DNA of 64,000 bases from a cyanobacterium endosymbiont of Rhopalodia gibba (GTDB taxonomy: Bacteria > Cyanobacteriota > Cyanobacteriia > Cyanobacteriales > Microcystaceae): NCBI GenBank assembly GCA_045159875.1, contig CP067995.1:960001-1024000 (forward strand), written 5' to 3'. The position numbers and the translations under genes were made by a program. Shown here in pieces: positions 1 to 11,612 of the stretch. Position 1 is the first letter of the stretch, and every line of letters starts with the position of its first letter. Under the pieces are notes generated by a model. The model did not search any database and was not told the DNA's origin. It worked only from the letters and a program-made list of their open reading frames with translations.

Positions 1-95
1 TTATTATGTAGTATAACAGGAACCTCCACTGGGGCAATTTACAAGGCCGCTTTGGCTCCGGCTAATCCTTCCCCAATGACTTGAACAGTGGACAT
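1..95 (-). pseudogene. trmFO: 5' end of a tRNA (uracil-5-)-methyltransferase TrmFO/Gid pseudogene, running off the window edge
   Basis: Manual translation from ATG at 95 gives MSTVQVIGEGLAGAKAAL*IAPVEVPVILHN. This resembles the TrmFO N-terminus (V-I-G-G-G-L-A-G-x-E-A-A-W-Q-I-A...V-P-V-x-L-H-E) but has an in-frame TAA and a damaged GxGxxG motif. Confidence 0.7.
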
Positions 96-269
96 ACATT
101 TTAGATTTGACTAAGATGCTTAGTTTGGTTTAAAGGTTATCGTTCGGCAGAGGCTGAAATATAATTGTAAGGTGGGCAATGTCCGCTTTACAAGATCGAA
201 GATTTTAGAGAGGCTAATTTTTATTATTAATACACATTTAGCACTACTTAACTATTAATTATTAATAAT

Positions 270-770
270 AATGTCCTAAGTCAGAATAGTGAACCGCCGT
301 TATCCCATCGGGTAAAACCTTGCCTTTTTGGTTACTTTATAAATGTTCCCGTGATAGTCACATTCCATCCGACTGCCTATTTAACACTCTATATAAAATA
401 ATGCACCTTTCAAAATCAGAAAACTCTTGTCAGTTTTTTTCATTTTTATCTCCTCAAAACGATCTTCTCTAAGTCCAAAAAGTTCAAAAAAATACTTCAT
501 TCTTTCTTTCGCGACTTCAATGGCAAATCCGGGGGGATTAAAGATAGCTTGAGAGATCTAAGAGGCCAACACCGCTCCTTAACTTTTTCTTCTCGACAAG
601 TCAGAATACACAACAAACTTAAAATACATTCTAATACTTATTCTGTTCACACCTTTTGGGACTCTATCAACTTAAATATTGATTTAAAGACTATCTTTTC
701 CTTTAATTACTTTCAATACCTTCAAATGTCCTGCAAGCTGAAACAATGAAATATTGGGGGATAAGATTAC
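270..770 (-). pseudogene. Degraded ORF remnant, product not identified
   Basis: Protein-like segments on the minus strand (ISQAIFNPPGFAIEVAKERMKYFFELF; GKVLPDGITAVHYS) are broken by stops and frameshifts. GC is higher than in the flanking spacer. Confidence 0.35.
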
Positions 771-1244
771 TTAATAATTAGAATAGACAATGGTAATTTA
801 GGAACAATTTATAATACAAATTATATATTTTTTATTTAGTAAATATTAATATGATCGACTACAACATAATCAATAGTTTTAGAATTAAGATATTGTTTAA
901 AATAATTTGTAAAAAATTTCAGTAAAAGATTTTTTATAGAGATAGACTAGTAGGTATCAATTTGCTATTGTTCTTGATTCTAGGATCACAAAACTAAAAT
1001 ATTAAGTGCCAATAAGAAATATACAAATACTTTTAAATTTTAAAATTATTTTTTAAAAAATGATAAAAAAACTTTTTAAATAAAAATTTAATAATTTATT
1101 AAATTCTAATCTAGGAATAGTAATTAACTGACTTTTATATTAGTTTTTTTAGTAAATTAAAATTTTTTAAAAATCATTCTAAAAAATAGTAAATTATTCG
1201 ATAAATCATTAATAGTTTTTACATTTATTTAGTGTAGATCAAAT

Positions 1245-1286
1245 AATTAAAAGTATTTAGTATGCCCATTCTAAATACTTTTAATT
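1245..1286. repeat. Orphan inverted repeat with 16 bp arms
   Basis: aattaaaagtatttag - 10 nt - ctaaatacttttaatt, in a gene-free spacer. Confidence 0.75.
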
Positions 1287-2065
1287 TGTTAGGGACTGGA
1301 TCAATTAATCCAAAATTTAGCTGTTAAGCCTATTTTATAAATAAAAAAATAAACTGTGAAGTTTCTAGGTTGATAGAAATTAGTAAACGAGCTACCTCAC
1401 AGGCTAATTCCTGACCAAAAATAGAAAACTAACTAATTGCAATAAAATCTTATCAGGGGGAAACCTAAGAATTTTGTATCTGAATCCTAGAAGAACTTTA
1501 CAAATATATTCAAGGGTAAAATAAATAACGACAAAAAATAATATTAGAGAATGAACAGAATCGAATAGTAAATTTTTACTATAAGAAAAAAGCTGACAGC
1601 TCAAACATAAAAATTATGTCACTGACAGTGAGTAACACTAACTAAAATGTTCAACAGGCAGAAAAAGTAGGTTGAGTAATATCGAGCTTAGGTATTTTAT
1701 AAACATTGTAGAAACAATAAGAAATTGCTGTTTCTAATCAAACATTTAACCAAGTACTATTACTGACAGCATAAATAAATGCAATGTTGGCAACTCTAGC
1801 AGGACCTTAGACCTAATCAACATATTGAAACCTTAAAAAATCATAGCCAGTCATAGTTAAATATCCTAACCTTGTTAAGGCGATTTTTCTCACCTGATTG
1901 GTTGCCAGAACAGTCTATAAATATCCTAAAATACTTTGTTAACTATGGTTAGCTAACAAAATAGATGAAGATAAAATAGAGAAGAAAATAGTTGTAACTC
2001 CAGACAAAGTCTAATCAGAAGAAGATTTCATCAAACGGTTAAGAATTATTACTTCACAGTCTAAT

Positions 2066-2111
2066 AAAAAAACAAGCTCTTGTTATTTCGATAACAAGAG
2101 CTTGTTTTTTT
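2066..2111. terminator. Bidirectional-type intrinsic terminator downstream of infC
   Basis: aaaaaaacaagctcttgttat-TTCG-ataacaagagcttgttttttt: a perfect stem with A/T tracts on both sides. Confidence 0.8.
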
Positions 2112-2228
2112 GAAAGTTTAGACTAACTGTAACAAGAAGACGAAATAATCCCCTCAGGCTAAAGAGGGGAGTTAACGAGTTTAATTGCTTGAATGTGACT
2201 AGATTATCAACAGGTTTTTAGTCTTTCT

Positions 2229-2765
2229 TTATTTCTTGGGGGTTAAAAACATCATCATGTTTCGTCCCTCCCGTTTAGGAATTTGTTGAATGTCAGCGAT
2301 ATCTTTAAGATCTTGAGCCATACGGTCTAGTAAATTTAAGGCCAAATTGGAATGTTGAATTTCCCGACCTCGGAATGTAACCGTCGCTTTAACTTTGTCA
2401 CCAGACTTAAGAAAGCGTTTGGCTTGATTAATACGTACTATATAATCGCTTTCGCCGATTTTATAGCGCATCTTTACTTCCTTGACGTCGGCTGTATGCT
2501 GCTTTTTCTTAGCTTCCCTAGCTTTTTTCTCCTGTTCAAATTTATATTTGCCATAATCCATGATTCGGCAGACAGGAGGTTTAGCAGTTTCACTCACCAA
2601 GACTAAATCAAGCTCCTTTTCTTGCGCTATGGTTAACGCTTCCTCAGGAGTCAGAAGACCGACTTGCGCGCCATCGCTATCGATGACTCTGATTTCAGGA
2701 AAACGAATTCTTTCGTTGATTTTGGGGAGATCTCGTTGAGAGCGTCTTTTATCTATCACAGGCGT
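2229..2765 (-). CDS. infC: Translation initiation factor IF-3. Start is either GTG at 2759 or a non-canonical ACG at 2765.
   Basis: ORF contains [29 protein letters not shown] and [11 protein letters not shown], all diagnostic of IF-3. Confidence 0.97.
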   Translation of the reverse strand, partial: TPVIDKRRSQRDLPKINERIRFPEIRVIDSDGAQVGLLTPEEALTIAQEKELDLVLVSETAKPPVCRIMDYGKYKFEQEKKAREAKKKQHTADVKEVKMRYKIGESDYIVRINQAKRFLKSGDKVKATVTFRGREIQHSNLALNLLDRMAQDLKDIADIQQIPKREGRNMMMFLTPKK

Positions 2766-3608
2766 TTGTTGTTATATCTTAAATAGATGTAGATGGACGA
2801 ACTTAAGTGAATATAGATGAATAGAGTAACTAATTTTATTTTACTAACTTTTAACTAGGTTCTATCTTAAATATGAATATTACTTTTTGTTTTTGGTCAT
2901 CTATCTTAAAAATTGGGCTTTGATTAACTGATGTCGATATCCGATGAATTATAGAAGCTACACATTGACACATTATGCCAAATATGTATTATCTGGAATA
3001 GATAATACAATTACTAATAAGACCACGGTCGACCTCAGAGAATAATTTTCTCTCAGTTTAACACCAATTGTCAATCAACTTTTTAGCTCTCGTTAATTCT
3101 AATCGGATAAAAGCTCACAGAGCCCCAAAAAAGTAAGTCAAGATCGTCTTATGTTTTTTGACCAATATTTTATTTTGTTAGTTCCACATTATTACTTTAA
3201 GGCTTAAAGGTAACATTCAATAACCTAATTTTTCGACTGAAAAAATAGATCTTTAGTGACTGTATTTAAGTTTCCGTAATTGAAAAAACATAGTGTTGAA
3301 CAGTATTGTCCGTATTTTTTAAAAAATTTTGATTTCCCCAAACTCTTTAAAATAAATTATTGTATTATTTTTCTTGATCTCTAGGCTTTTAAATAGTCCA
3401 AATTATTTTTTGCATATTAATAGTCCTATAGTAATCAACTAAATATCACTATTTTAGTGCCAAAAAATAGTTTAATATCTCTCTATAATAAGTAGTTTAC
3501 TTTTCTGACGTCAACAAATATTTTTTATTGACTCAAAAAGTAACTGCTTAATAATTTAATTAGATTTAGAATGCACTTAACAGCTGATAAAAAATGATTA
3601 ATTAATGG

Positions 3609-4271
3609 TTAATTAACTGTCGTATTGAAACCAACGGAAAAGCTAACATTTGTTCCTCCTAACCCACAATAACCCTTAGGATTTTTAGCAAGATACTGTT
3701 GATGATAAATCTCTGCATAGTAAAATTCAGAAGCATCCAGAATTTCCGTAGTAATTTTGCCATATCCCGCTTCAGTTAATGCTTTTTGGTAAACCTCTTT
3801 AGAGGCTTCTGCTTCTTGCTTCTGTTCAGGGGAATAAACATAAATTCCTGAACGATACTGAGTTCCTATATCATTTCCCTGACACATTCCCTGGGTGGGG
3901 TTATGACTTTCCCAAAATATCTTTAACAGTTGTTCATAATTAATAATTTTTTGTTCAAAAACCACTAATACTACTTCATTATGGCCCGTAAGTCCGGTAC
4001 AAACTTCTCGATAAGTAGGATTAGGAGTTAACCCAGCTGTGTACCCTACTGCAGTCGTATATACTCCTTCAAGTTGCCAGAATTTACGTTCTGCTCCCCA
4101 AAAACATCCTAACCCAAACATTGCGGTTTTCATTCCTTCAGGAAAGGGACATTTAATAGGATTTCCATGAACATAGTGGAAAGCTGAGACGAACATTTTC
4201 GCTTCTCGTCCAGGCAATGCTGTCTCAGGAGTAAGTATAGCTAATTTTTTACCAAATCCAAATAATTTCAT
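3609..4271 (-). CDS. msrA: Peptide-methionine (S)-S-oxide reductase; likely start ATG 4271 (MKLFGFGKK)
   Basis: GCFWG active-site motif, [19 protein letters not shown] and YHQQYL. Confidence 0.96.
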   Translation of the reverse strand: MKLFGFGKKLAILTPETALPGREAKMFVSAFHYVHGNPIKCPFPEGMKTAMFGLGCFWGAERKFWQLEGVYTTAVGYTAGLTPNPTYREVCTGLTGHNEVVLVVFEQKIINYEQLLKIFWESHNPTQGMCQGNDIGTQYRSGIYVYSPEQKQEAEASKEVYQKALTEAGYGKITTEILDASEFYYAEIYHQQYLAKNPKGYCGLGGTNVSFSVGFNTTVN

Positions 4272-5199
4272 AGTTTCTTTTCCCAAAAGAAAATAAATAT
4301 ACTATTTTTATCTTAAATAGAAAAAATAGCTTCTTCAAAGTTGTGGTTAATCACAACCATATCCATTACATCTATTGTAACTACTGCCGCAACCATACTT
4401 TAGTCCTACTCCTCTATTAGGGTAGAAGATGGCAAATTTCATATATACGTTGTTTCTTCACTACTTAGACTTCCAAAATATTAAATATTATTAATATAAT
4501 TAATCTAATATTTAAGGTATTTTATCAATATTTTATTTACGGTTTAACTTATGCAAAACTTTTTATGGAATAAAATATGTCATTTTAAGTATAACTGTAA
4601 GTCAATTTCTCTGTCGGGAAGAAAACCATCTATAATTAAATATAAGTTTAATAAAAAAGAGTATAAATTTTCTAGAAAAAATGAATTAATTAATTCATTT
4701 TTTTAAGAGAGTCTATTTAAAAGATAGAATAGTCAATATATTACGATTTATGCTTTATATAAATCGGCTGAATGATTCAAGATGTTAGAAGTTAATCAGG
4801 TTTAATTGGCTAAAAAATATCTCACAATTTAATTTATTAATAATAAAAAATACATAATTTTTAATGAATTTAAACAGGGCTTAAGTTATTAATATTTAAC
4901 AAAATTTTTAAAAAAAATCTAAACAAGCTAGTAAATATGTAATGCGCTTACTCAAGTCAAAAAAAGCAAGAATATTCTACGTAATTTTTATGTATAAAAA
5001 TATTAATAAGTAGATTAATTTAAAAAAATTAAATTAATTCAGTTCGTCTTGATAGCCATTCCATTCAACAGAAAATTGTATATATAACTCATAGCAAAGT
5101 ATTGATGAACAATAAACTCCAATTTTTTATCAAAAGTGATCGCTCAATGGATGTTAGCAGTCAGAATAGAAGCATAGGACATAAATAAACTAAAATTTT

Positions 5200-5645
5200 A
5201 TACATAACAATAAGGGAGTTATTCAAACAAATGAAAATAAGGATAACGTTTAGAACCCCTAAGTTTTTTAAGCTCAATTAAAATTACCTTTCCAAGAAGT
5301 ATTCCGTTATAAGTAGGTACTAACTAAATCTCTATAACTGCTAGAAATAATCACCTTAGTTGATCTATACTCTTGAGTGTAAAGTTTGTCTAAAGCTTCG
5401 TGACTTTCAAAGCGGCTCCCCTCAATATGGGTATGCTGGCAGTACCATTCTCCTTGCCAACTTTACTAATGATGACAGTATTAGAAATGAATTAATTCAC
5501 GGGGTTTTCGATTAGCCTCAAAAACCTCATGACGAGGACAAAAATAAATATCTGTTAAAGTAAAAGCAGGAATATACTTGGAGACAGTTAGGAGATTGAA
5601 TCCCTGCCCTGAAAATAGGGTATTCTAGGTCCAAATTTACCTATA
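5200..5645 (-). pseudogene. Pseudogene of the cyanobacterial TIGR02652/DUF2396 family
   Basis: Manual translation gives LEYPIF...IPAFTLTDIYFCPRHEVFEAN...WQGEWYCQHTH..SRFESHEALDKLYTQEYRSTKVII, with several stops and a frameshift. Boundaries are approximate. Confidence 0.75.
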
Positions 5646-6356
5646 AATTTGAAAGTTTGTATTGTACTTAGTACTGTGTGACAGTCGCTTAAAAATATAT
5701 TATATCGATAATATATCTACCGAATCCTTTCGGCTTTAACAATAAAGTTGGGATTTTAGATTTGATTTGTAATTTATGATTAAAAATTTCCTAACTCGTC
5801 TCTCTCTAATGGACTAACTTCCAGTATGCAGTGGTCAGAAGAAAAATTACTTGGGCATTGAGGTCTAGTATTTTGTCTCCTGGGGTCATACGCACTGTTG
5901 TCTGTGTTGGTATTGGAGCAATCAATCATTTCAGATAAAGTCCAAGTAAGAATCGATCAATCATTCTCTGCAGTCTAAAAAATTGGCTTTAGTTGACGCT
6001 GGTAAAATAACAAATATTCAATTTATTGAGATTCAAGAATAACTTATCTTAAATAGGCTGATTGGGATTTTGTTTATGAGCAATTTTAAGCTATAAATAG
6101 TAAAGACAAAAAGTTCATTAAGCTTATCAAACTATCTCAAGAAGAAATGATGATTGATTAGTTTGTTTTGGTCGTTGTTGGACTTATTTTAGATTGTGAC
6201 AAGTTAAGCCGCATTTGATATTTTTTCTGCAGCCCTACAACAAGTTCAACAGTTCTTAAATTACAAAAGCTCAATTTTCATCTTTGGATTAAGACTTAAC
6301 CGACTGTTTTCAAACTTAGACAACAGTCGGCTTTCTATAAAAACAAAAGTAAACAA

Positions 6357-7088
6357 ATGGTAGCGAAAACCGGAATTTTATACGGCATTAGTGTAGGAAC
6401 AGGAGACCCTGACTTGATTACAGTTAAAGGGGTGCGCCTATTGCAACAGGTATCTGTTGTTGCTTTTCCCATGGGGGTAGGGAATCAACCTGGAATTGCT
6501 CAAACAATTATCTCCCCGTGGTTGACTTCTGAGCAGAAAACTTGGGCTCTACCTTTTCCATATGTCCAAAATGAAACGGAATTACGATTAGCCTGGAAAC
6601 AGGCTGCTGAACAAGTCTGGTCTTACCTTCAACAAGGAAAGGATGTGGCTTTTGCCTGTGAAGGAGATACCAGCTTCTATAGTACCTTTACCTATTTAGC
6701 CCAAACGCTCACCTATTATTACCCCTCGGCAATAATTAAAACCGTTCCAGGAGTTTGTTCTCCGATGGCTGTGGCTTCGGTTTTAAACCTTCCTTTAACG
6801 GTTAAAAATCAACGGTTAGCTATTCTTCCTGTCCTTTACACCTTGGAGGACTTGGAACAAACATTGGGGTGGGCTGACGTAGTAGTGTTGTTAAAAGTTA
6901 GTTCGGTCTACCCCCAAGTATGGGAAATTTTGCGACGGTTAAATTTATTGGAGCGCGCTTGGGTGGTGGAACGGGCGACTCAACCGGAACAAGTGATTTA
7001 TGATGAGTTAAAAGAGCAATCAAACCTTCAACTTTCTTATTTTTCCCTTCTTATTATTCACGTCAAACCTCCCGATCTTCGTAACTAA
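6357..7088 (+). CDS. cobI: Precorrin-2 C20-methyltransferase (cobalamin biosynthesis)
   Basis: LYGISVGTGDPDLITVK, AFACEGD.SFYSTF and VPGVCSP motifs of the CobI/CbiL tetrapyrrole methylases. Confidence 0.92.
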   Translation: MVAKTGILYGISVGTGDPDLITVKGVRLLQQVSVVAFPMGVGNQPGIAQTIISPWLTSEQKTWALPFPYVQNETELRLAWKQAAEQVWSYLQQGKDVAFACEGDTSFYSTFTYLAQTLTYYYPSAIIKTVPGVCSPMAVASVLNLPLTVKNQRLAILPVLYTLEDLEQTLGWADVVVLLKVSSVYPQVWEILRRLNLLERAWVVERATQPEQVIYDELKEQSNLQLSYFSLLIIHVKPPDLRN

Positions 7089-7237
7089 ATTTAACATCCT
7101 ATAAACCTTTTCTTGATTGGGTTTGAGGATTTTAGCTGAAAAAATATGACTTTTGTTACAGTATAAATTATGTCAATTAACTGCCGACTTCGACAATAGT
7201 AACTATTAGATCTCATTGACTTTCTTGACCAATTGCT

Positions 7238-7495
7238 ATGAGTGTTACTCCCCTTCCTATCATTAAGTCCTCTTTATGTGTTCATTACACAATCAGTATT
7301 ATAACTAATGAAGTCCGTCAACTTGCAAAAAGAGAAATGACGAGTCGTTATAAACCTATTAATGTACTTTGCGGGTATATTTCCCCTTGTGAGTGGACGT
7401 ATGTGAAAACATAATTAGAGAGATGTGATTATTTACTACGTAATCAAATTGGCGATCCGATTCCCTGTGAAACTTGGGATAATGACCAAGATTAA
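7238..7495 (+). pseudogene. DUF4327-family pseudogene, copy 1 (single in-frame TAA at 7412-7414)
   Basis: MSVTPL...EVRQLAKREMTSRYKPINVLCGYISPCEWTYVKT*LERCDYLLRNQIGDPIPCETWDND resembles the DUF4327 consensus. Confidence 0.75.
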
Positions 7496-7793
7496 AGAAT
7501 GTTGATCAATCCAGTTCAAACTTTTACTTTACGATTTTGAAATCATTCCATCCCTACCTATATGATATCCCAGGAGTTGTTGGGAACAAAAGAGGTATTT
7601 CCATGAAATTAGGATAAAAACAGTCAGGATATATTAAAGCTATAACCCCAAAAAACATAAGTTTGGTCAAGATTTAACCAAGGCGTCCAAAAAGATACTA
7701 GTTGATACGGCTCTATATCTTAAGTTGCCCAAGTCTAAATGGAGGAGTTATTATATATAACTTTTGATCTACTCAATACTGTTTGGTGATTTT

Positions 7794-8043
7794 ATGAGAA
7801 CTATAACACCCCTTATTCTTTGTTCCACCCCTTATTCCACTGAGATAGTTCAAGATGAAGCTCAACAATTCGTCGACCAGAGTAACGTTAGCTGATAACA
7901 ACCGATCTACATTCTGTACGATTACGATTATGTCCTAGCGCACAAAGGGGTTAGTCTTGAGTATGAATTCGAAGGATACAATTGTTCGCTACGTGATTGT
8001 ATTGGAGATCTCTTTGGTTCAGAAATCTGAATCTAGCGACTGA
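7794..8043 (+). pseudogene. DUF4327-family pseudogene, copy 2 (multiple stops)
   Basis: MRTITP...YSTEIVQDEAQQFVDQSNVS**QPIYIL...LEYEFEGYNCSLRDCIGDLFGSEI*; paralogous to copy 1. Confidence 0.7.
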
Positions 8044-8055
8044 AATTTTCCGAGC

Positions 8056-8463
8056 CTACTTATCGTTTTGATTAGACTGCTGCAATTTTTCTAACTCTGT
8101 TCTCAGAGCAATCACTTATTCGGTTAGTTTTTTAATCACCCCTTGAGCATTCTTATTACTACTTGAGGAAAGGATTAACTTGTAATCATTATTCCTGTTC
8201 GTGGAAGTTGACGAATGTTGATATTGTTATTTATTTAACTATTTATTCACTAAGCGACGGGCTTCTTGTTCAGTTATCTACCCTTTCTGAGCCCATTCTT
8301 GAACTTTTTTTATAAATTGAGTCTAAATCTCAACAATAGTTTTTGAACGTTTTTGAGGATCTTGAAGAGTTTTTACAAAGGAAGTGGTAGCCACAACGCT
8401 AACTTGAAAGCCTTGTTGTAATAGTTGTAACAAATGATCTGTATTCATAAATAGTTTGGTCAT
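8056..8463 (-). pseudogene. Pseudogene of a conserved cyanobacterial coiled-coil/phasin-like hypothetical protein
   Basis: MNTDHLLQLLQQGFQVSVVATTSFVKTLQDPQKRSKTIVEI*...QEWAQKG*ITEQEARRLV, with several stops. Confidence 0.65.
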
Positions 8464-8580
8464 ATTAAAAACAGTTTAGGTTAAATGACTTGAATTGTAG
8501 ATCAGCAAGGATCTACTCCCGACATTATTCTTAAACCTTTCCAATCAATACTTTCACTTGTTAACTAATCAGCCCCAGTA

Positions 8581-8919
8581 CTAGTCAACTGGTTTGAGAT
8601 ACTGTTCCAAGTCTTTGATTAGGCGGGTTAGTTCAGCTTCTATCGTCAGTCGGACACGGTCATCCTTGAGGGTCGATAAAACTTTAGCTGCAAAAGGATT
8701 TGGATAAATATTAGGATCACAAAACAGTTCAACAAAAACCTCTCATGTGTGAGTATATTCCATAGCCCTTTGAGGCTTATCTCCACTGACGGACTGAGTT
8801 AAAATTGCTTTAAGACCAACCATCAACTCATCGATTTCTCCTTTAAGAGTTTGAACAGCTTCAGGACTAAAATTAAAGCTAACGGCTCCTTGAATTAAGT
8901 TTAGTGTCAATTGAGCCAT
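8581..8919 (-). pseudogene. Conserved cyanobacterial hypothetical protein interrupted by one TGA (8743-8745)
   Basis: 113-codon frame MAQLTLNLIQGAVSFNFSPEA...MEYTHT*EVFVELFCDPNIYPNPFAAKVL...RLTIEAELTRLIKDLEQYL, otherwise intact. Confidence 0.75.
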
Positions 8920-9459
8920 TGATAAAAAAAAACGGTATAAAGAATATCCTCCAAACTACTAGATACTCTCCAGTTGGGAAAGAAGATTACTCTAAATAAA
9001 AATAAATTATCTATTATGTATGTTTACTTTACTTGCCCCTCGCCGGAGGCGGCATACTGTAATTTCACCTTATTCCTCTATGTTTTTAGGGAATGTTAAC
9101 AACTTTTGTTAGAAATAAGTGAACCTCACAGTATATAGTAAACTGTTATCGTTAATAAAAGTTTCTTGCGTTTTTAGTTTAAGTTGAAATCTAAGCTATT
9201 TATCATCTAAATCAATATATTGAGAGTAAGAAGATAAGGGAGTGAGAGAAGGATAAATGGACAGTTTTCATGGGTTTAGAATATACCCAATCCAGCTCCA
9301 TAAAAACCTTGCTTAAGCTCATCTATGAAACTTGACAAACGCCAATGCTAGTGTGGTGTACTTGAGTACACTATAATAAATATATAGATTCAGTATAGTT
9401 GGTGTTTTAACTAATAACTCCTAAGACGACTACCCCAATTATCTAAGCACTTATAAATT

Positions 9460-10944
9460 ATGTTAAATCCATCTGAGACAACTACTATACTCTTAATTAT
9501 TTTGGTCGCCTTGGGTATTCTAACCTGGGGTTATAACAGAGCTAAATCCTATGGTAAATCGGTAGTTTTGTCCGAGTTGCAGTTGTTAACATTGATAGTT
9601 CCCTGGCTAGTATCTTTCGGATTATTTGCTGCTGGAATTTATCTTAATTTAGTCGCAATTCTATTTTTGTTGGTCACTTCATTAGCAGTATACATTTATT
9701 TAGGAAAAAGACTAAGAGCAGAAGGTCAAGACGTCATTCTACGAAAAAAGACCGCTGATAATTTACAAGAACAATATAAAACTAATAAGTCTCAAGTAAA
9801 TCAATCTGGAAAGTCTCGTCTTGATTCTAACCTCAAAATTGTAGCAGATGATCTACCCATTCCTAAAGAAGAGCTTAAACTTATTAAAGGCATATTTGGC
9901 ATTGACACTTTTTTTGCGACTGAAACAATTTCTTATCAAAAGGGGGCAATTTTTAAGGGAAATTTGCGAGGGGAACCTGACACAGTTTATGATCGCCTTT
10001 CAGAAAAATTAAAAGCTTGTCTTTTCGATAAGTACCGTCTCTTTTTGGTAGAAGGAACAGAAAGGAAACCTGTAGTGATAGTGCTTCCAAGTATTGTTGA
10101 CCCGCGACCAACTACCTTAGTGCAGAAAAATGTCGCTTTGGTCCTGTTTGTAGCGACTATTTTAACTAGTTTAGAAGCATCAGGAATTCTGTTAGGATTC
10201 GATTTGTTCAGCGATTGGAGTCGTTATAAAGAAGCTATCCCCCTTAGTTTAGGACTGTGGACAATTTTAATTGCTCATGAGATTAGTCATCGTCTTCTTG
10301 CAAAGCGTCATAATGTGCGCCTGAGTGTCCCATTTTTTCTTCCCACCTGGCAAATTGGATCGTTCGGGGCAATTACTCGCTTCGAATCCTTACTGCCTAA
10401 TCGAAACATCTTATTTGATGTGGCTTTTGCGGGCTCTGCTGCAGGATGGGGGCTTTCTTTAGTATTGCTGACGGTTGGATTGGTATTGTCCCATCCAGGA
10501 AGTTTGTTTCAAGTCCCTACTCAGTTTTTTCAAGGTTCAATTTTAGTTGGGAGTTTAGCTCGGGTGGTGTTCGGAGAAGAGCTGCAAAAATCGTTAATTG
10601 ATGTTCATCCCTTAACGATTATCGGATGGTTGGGATTAGTTATTAGTGCTCTTAATTTACTTCCTGCTGGTCAGTTAGATGGGGGACGAATTGTTCAGGC
10701 AATTTATGGACGAAAAACTGCAAAGCTAACTACAATAGTGTCCTTAATTGTATTAGGAATTGTAACGTTAATAAATCCGGAAAATTCCCTTCCTCTTTAT
10801 TGGATAATTGTGATTCTTTTTCTCCAACTAGACTTAGAAAGACCAAGTTTAAATGAGTTAACTGAACCTGATAATACCCGTGCCACGTGGGGTTTATTAA
10901 GTCTATTTCTTATGTTAGTGACTTTAATTCCTTGGCTTTTCTAA
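9460..10944 (+). CDS. Site-2 protease family (M50) intramembrane zinc metalloprotease
   Basis: HExxH (AHEISH), NLLPAGQLDGG motif, GIDTFF and many transmembrane segments. Confidence 0.92.
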   Translation: MLNPSETTTILLIILVALGILTWGYNRAKSYGKSVVLSELQLLTLIVPWLVSFGLFAAGIYLNLVAILFLLVTSLAVYIYLGKRLRAEGQDVILRKKTADNLQEQYKTNKSQVNQSGKSRLDSNLKIVADDLPIPKEELKLIKGIFGIDTFFATETISYQKGAIFKGNLRGEPDTVYDRLSEKLKACLFDKYRLFLVEGTERKPVVIVLPSIVDPRPTTLVQKNVALVLFVATILTSLEASGILLGFDLFSDWSRYKEAIPLSLGLWTILIAHEISHRLLAKRHNVRLSVPFFLPTWQIGSFGAITRFESLLPNRNILFDVAFAGSAAGWGLSLVLLTVGLVLSHPGSLFQVPTQFFQGSILVGSLARVVFGEELQKSLIDVHPLTIIGWLGLVISALNLLPAGQLDGGRIVQAIYGRKTAKLTTIVSLIVLGIVTLINPENSLPLYWIIVILFLQLDLERPSLNELTEPDNTRATWGLLSLFLMLVTLIPWLF

Positions 10945-11612
10945 GCTAGCTATGATAAGGTGATAATCGACAGAAGTTGATTTTTTTTTACAAGGTTCCA
11001 AAATTTTTGGATGCTTAGTTCTTATGAAATTAGATTTTTAGAGTCATACAACACAGTTAGAATAAAAAACCTAAAAGTCATCAGCTGCTAATTTATTAGA
11101 CCAAATCTACTAGTATAGAAGAGTTAACTCCTTTAAGTTTTAGCTAGGAAACAAAAAAATTAGTGGCTATGAAGATAGATTTATTGATTACTATCAAGTA
11201 TCTTTGTCATATTTTTCGTTTTTTTAGACTTATTTCCCTTCAGGATATGGTGACTACTTGTACTTACTCTCATTCTCGTTCTGGGAAAAATTTTAGGACC
11301 GCAAGTTAAGCTCAATATTTTTTACTTTCTTTGAACTATGTTTTTATTACTTACTTATTTAAGCTCACTTAGCTTAATTTAATCTTAAGAACTATTAATT
11401 TATTTGATTTTTTAAAATTAGATAAAAAGCTAATAGTTAACGGATAATAACCTGTTAGGGGATTTTTTATTTAAAAATCTCCTTTTCAAAACTTGTAACA
11501 ATTATCTATTCCATCATCACAAATTAGATAATCCAGAAAAATAAAGTTTCTATTGATTAGTATTTCAGTGTTTTAGTCATAGTTTTATTATAAATTACAG
11601 TTTTTGTATCTT

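Noticed and set aside
549..1604. Short ORFs 549..749 (+) and 1404..1604 (-)
   Set aside because: No motifs and AT-rich spacer composition; the first lies antisense to a probable decayed gene.
5700..6050. Possible pseudogene divergent from the TIGR02652 remnant
   Set aside because: Coding-like composition but no family motif that I can support.
8743..8745. TGA recoding (Trp or Sec) as an alternative genetic code
   Set aside because: Intact genes such as accA, minE and rdgB end in TGA, tRNA-Trp has a CCA anticodon, and other pseudogenes are broken by TAA, TAG and frameshifts as well.
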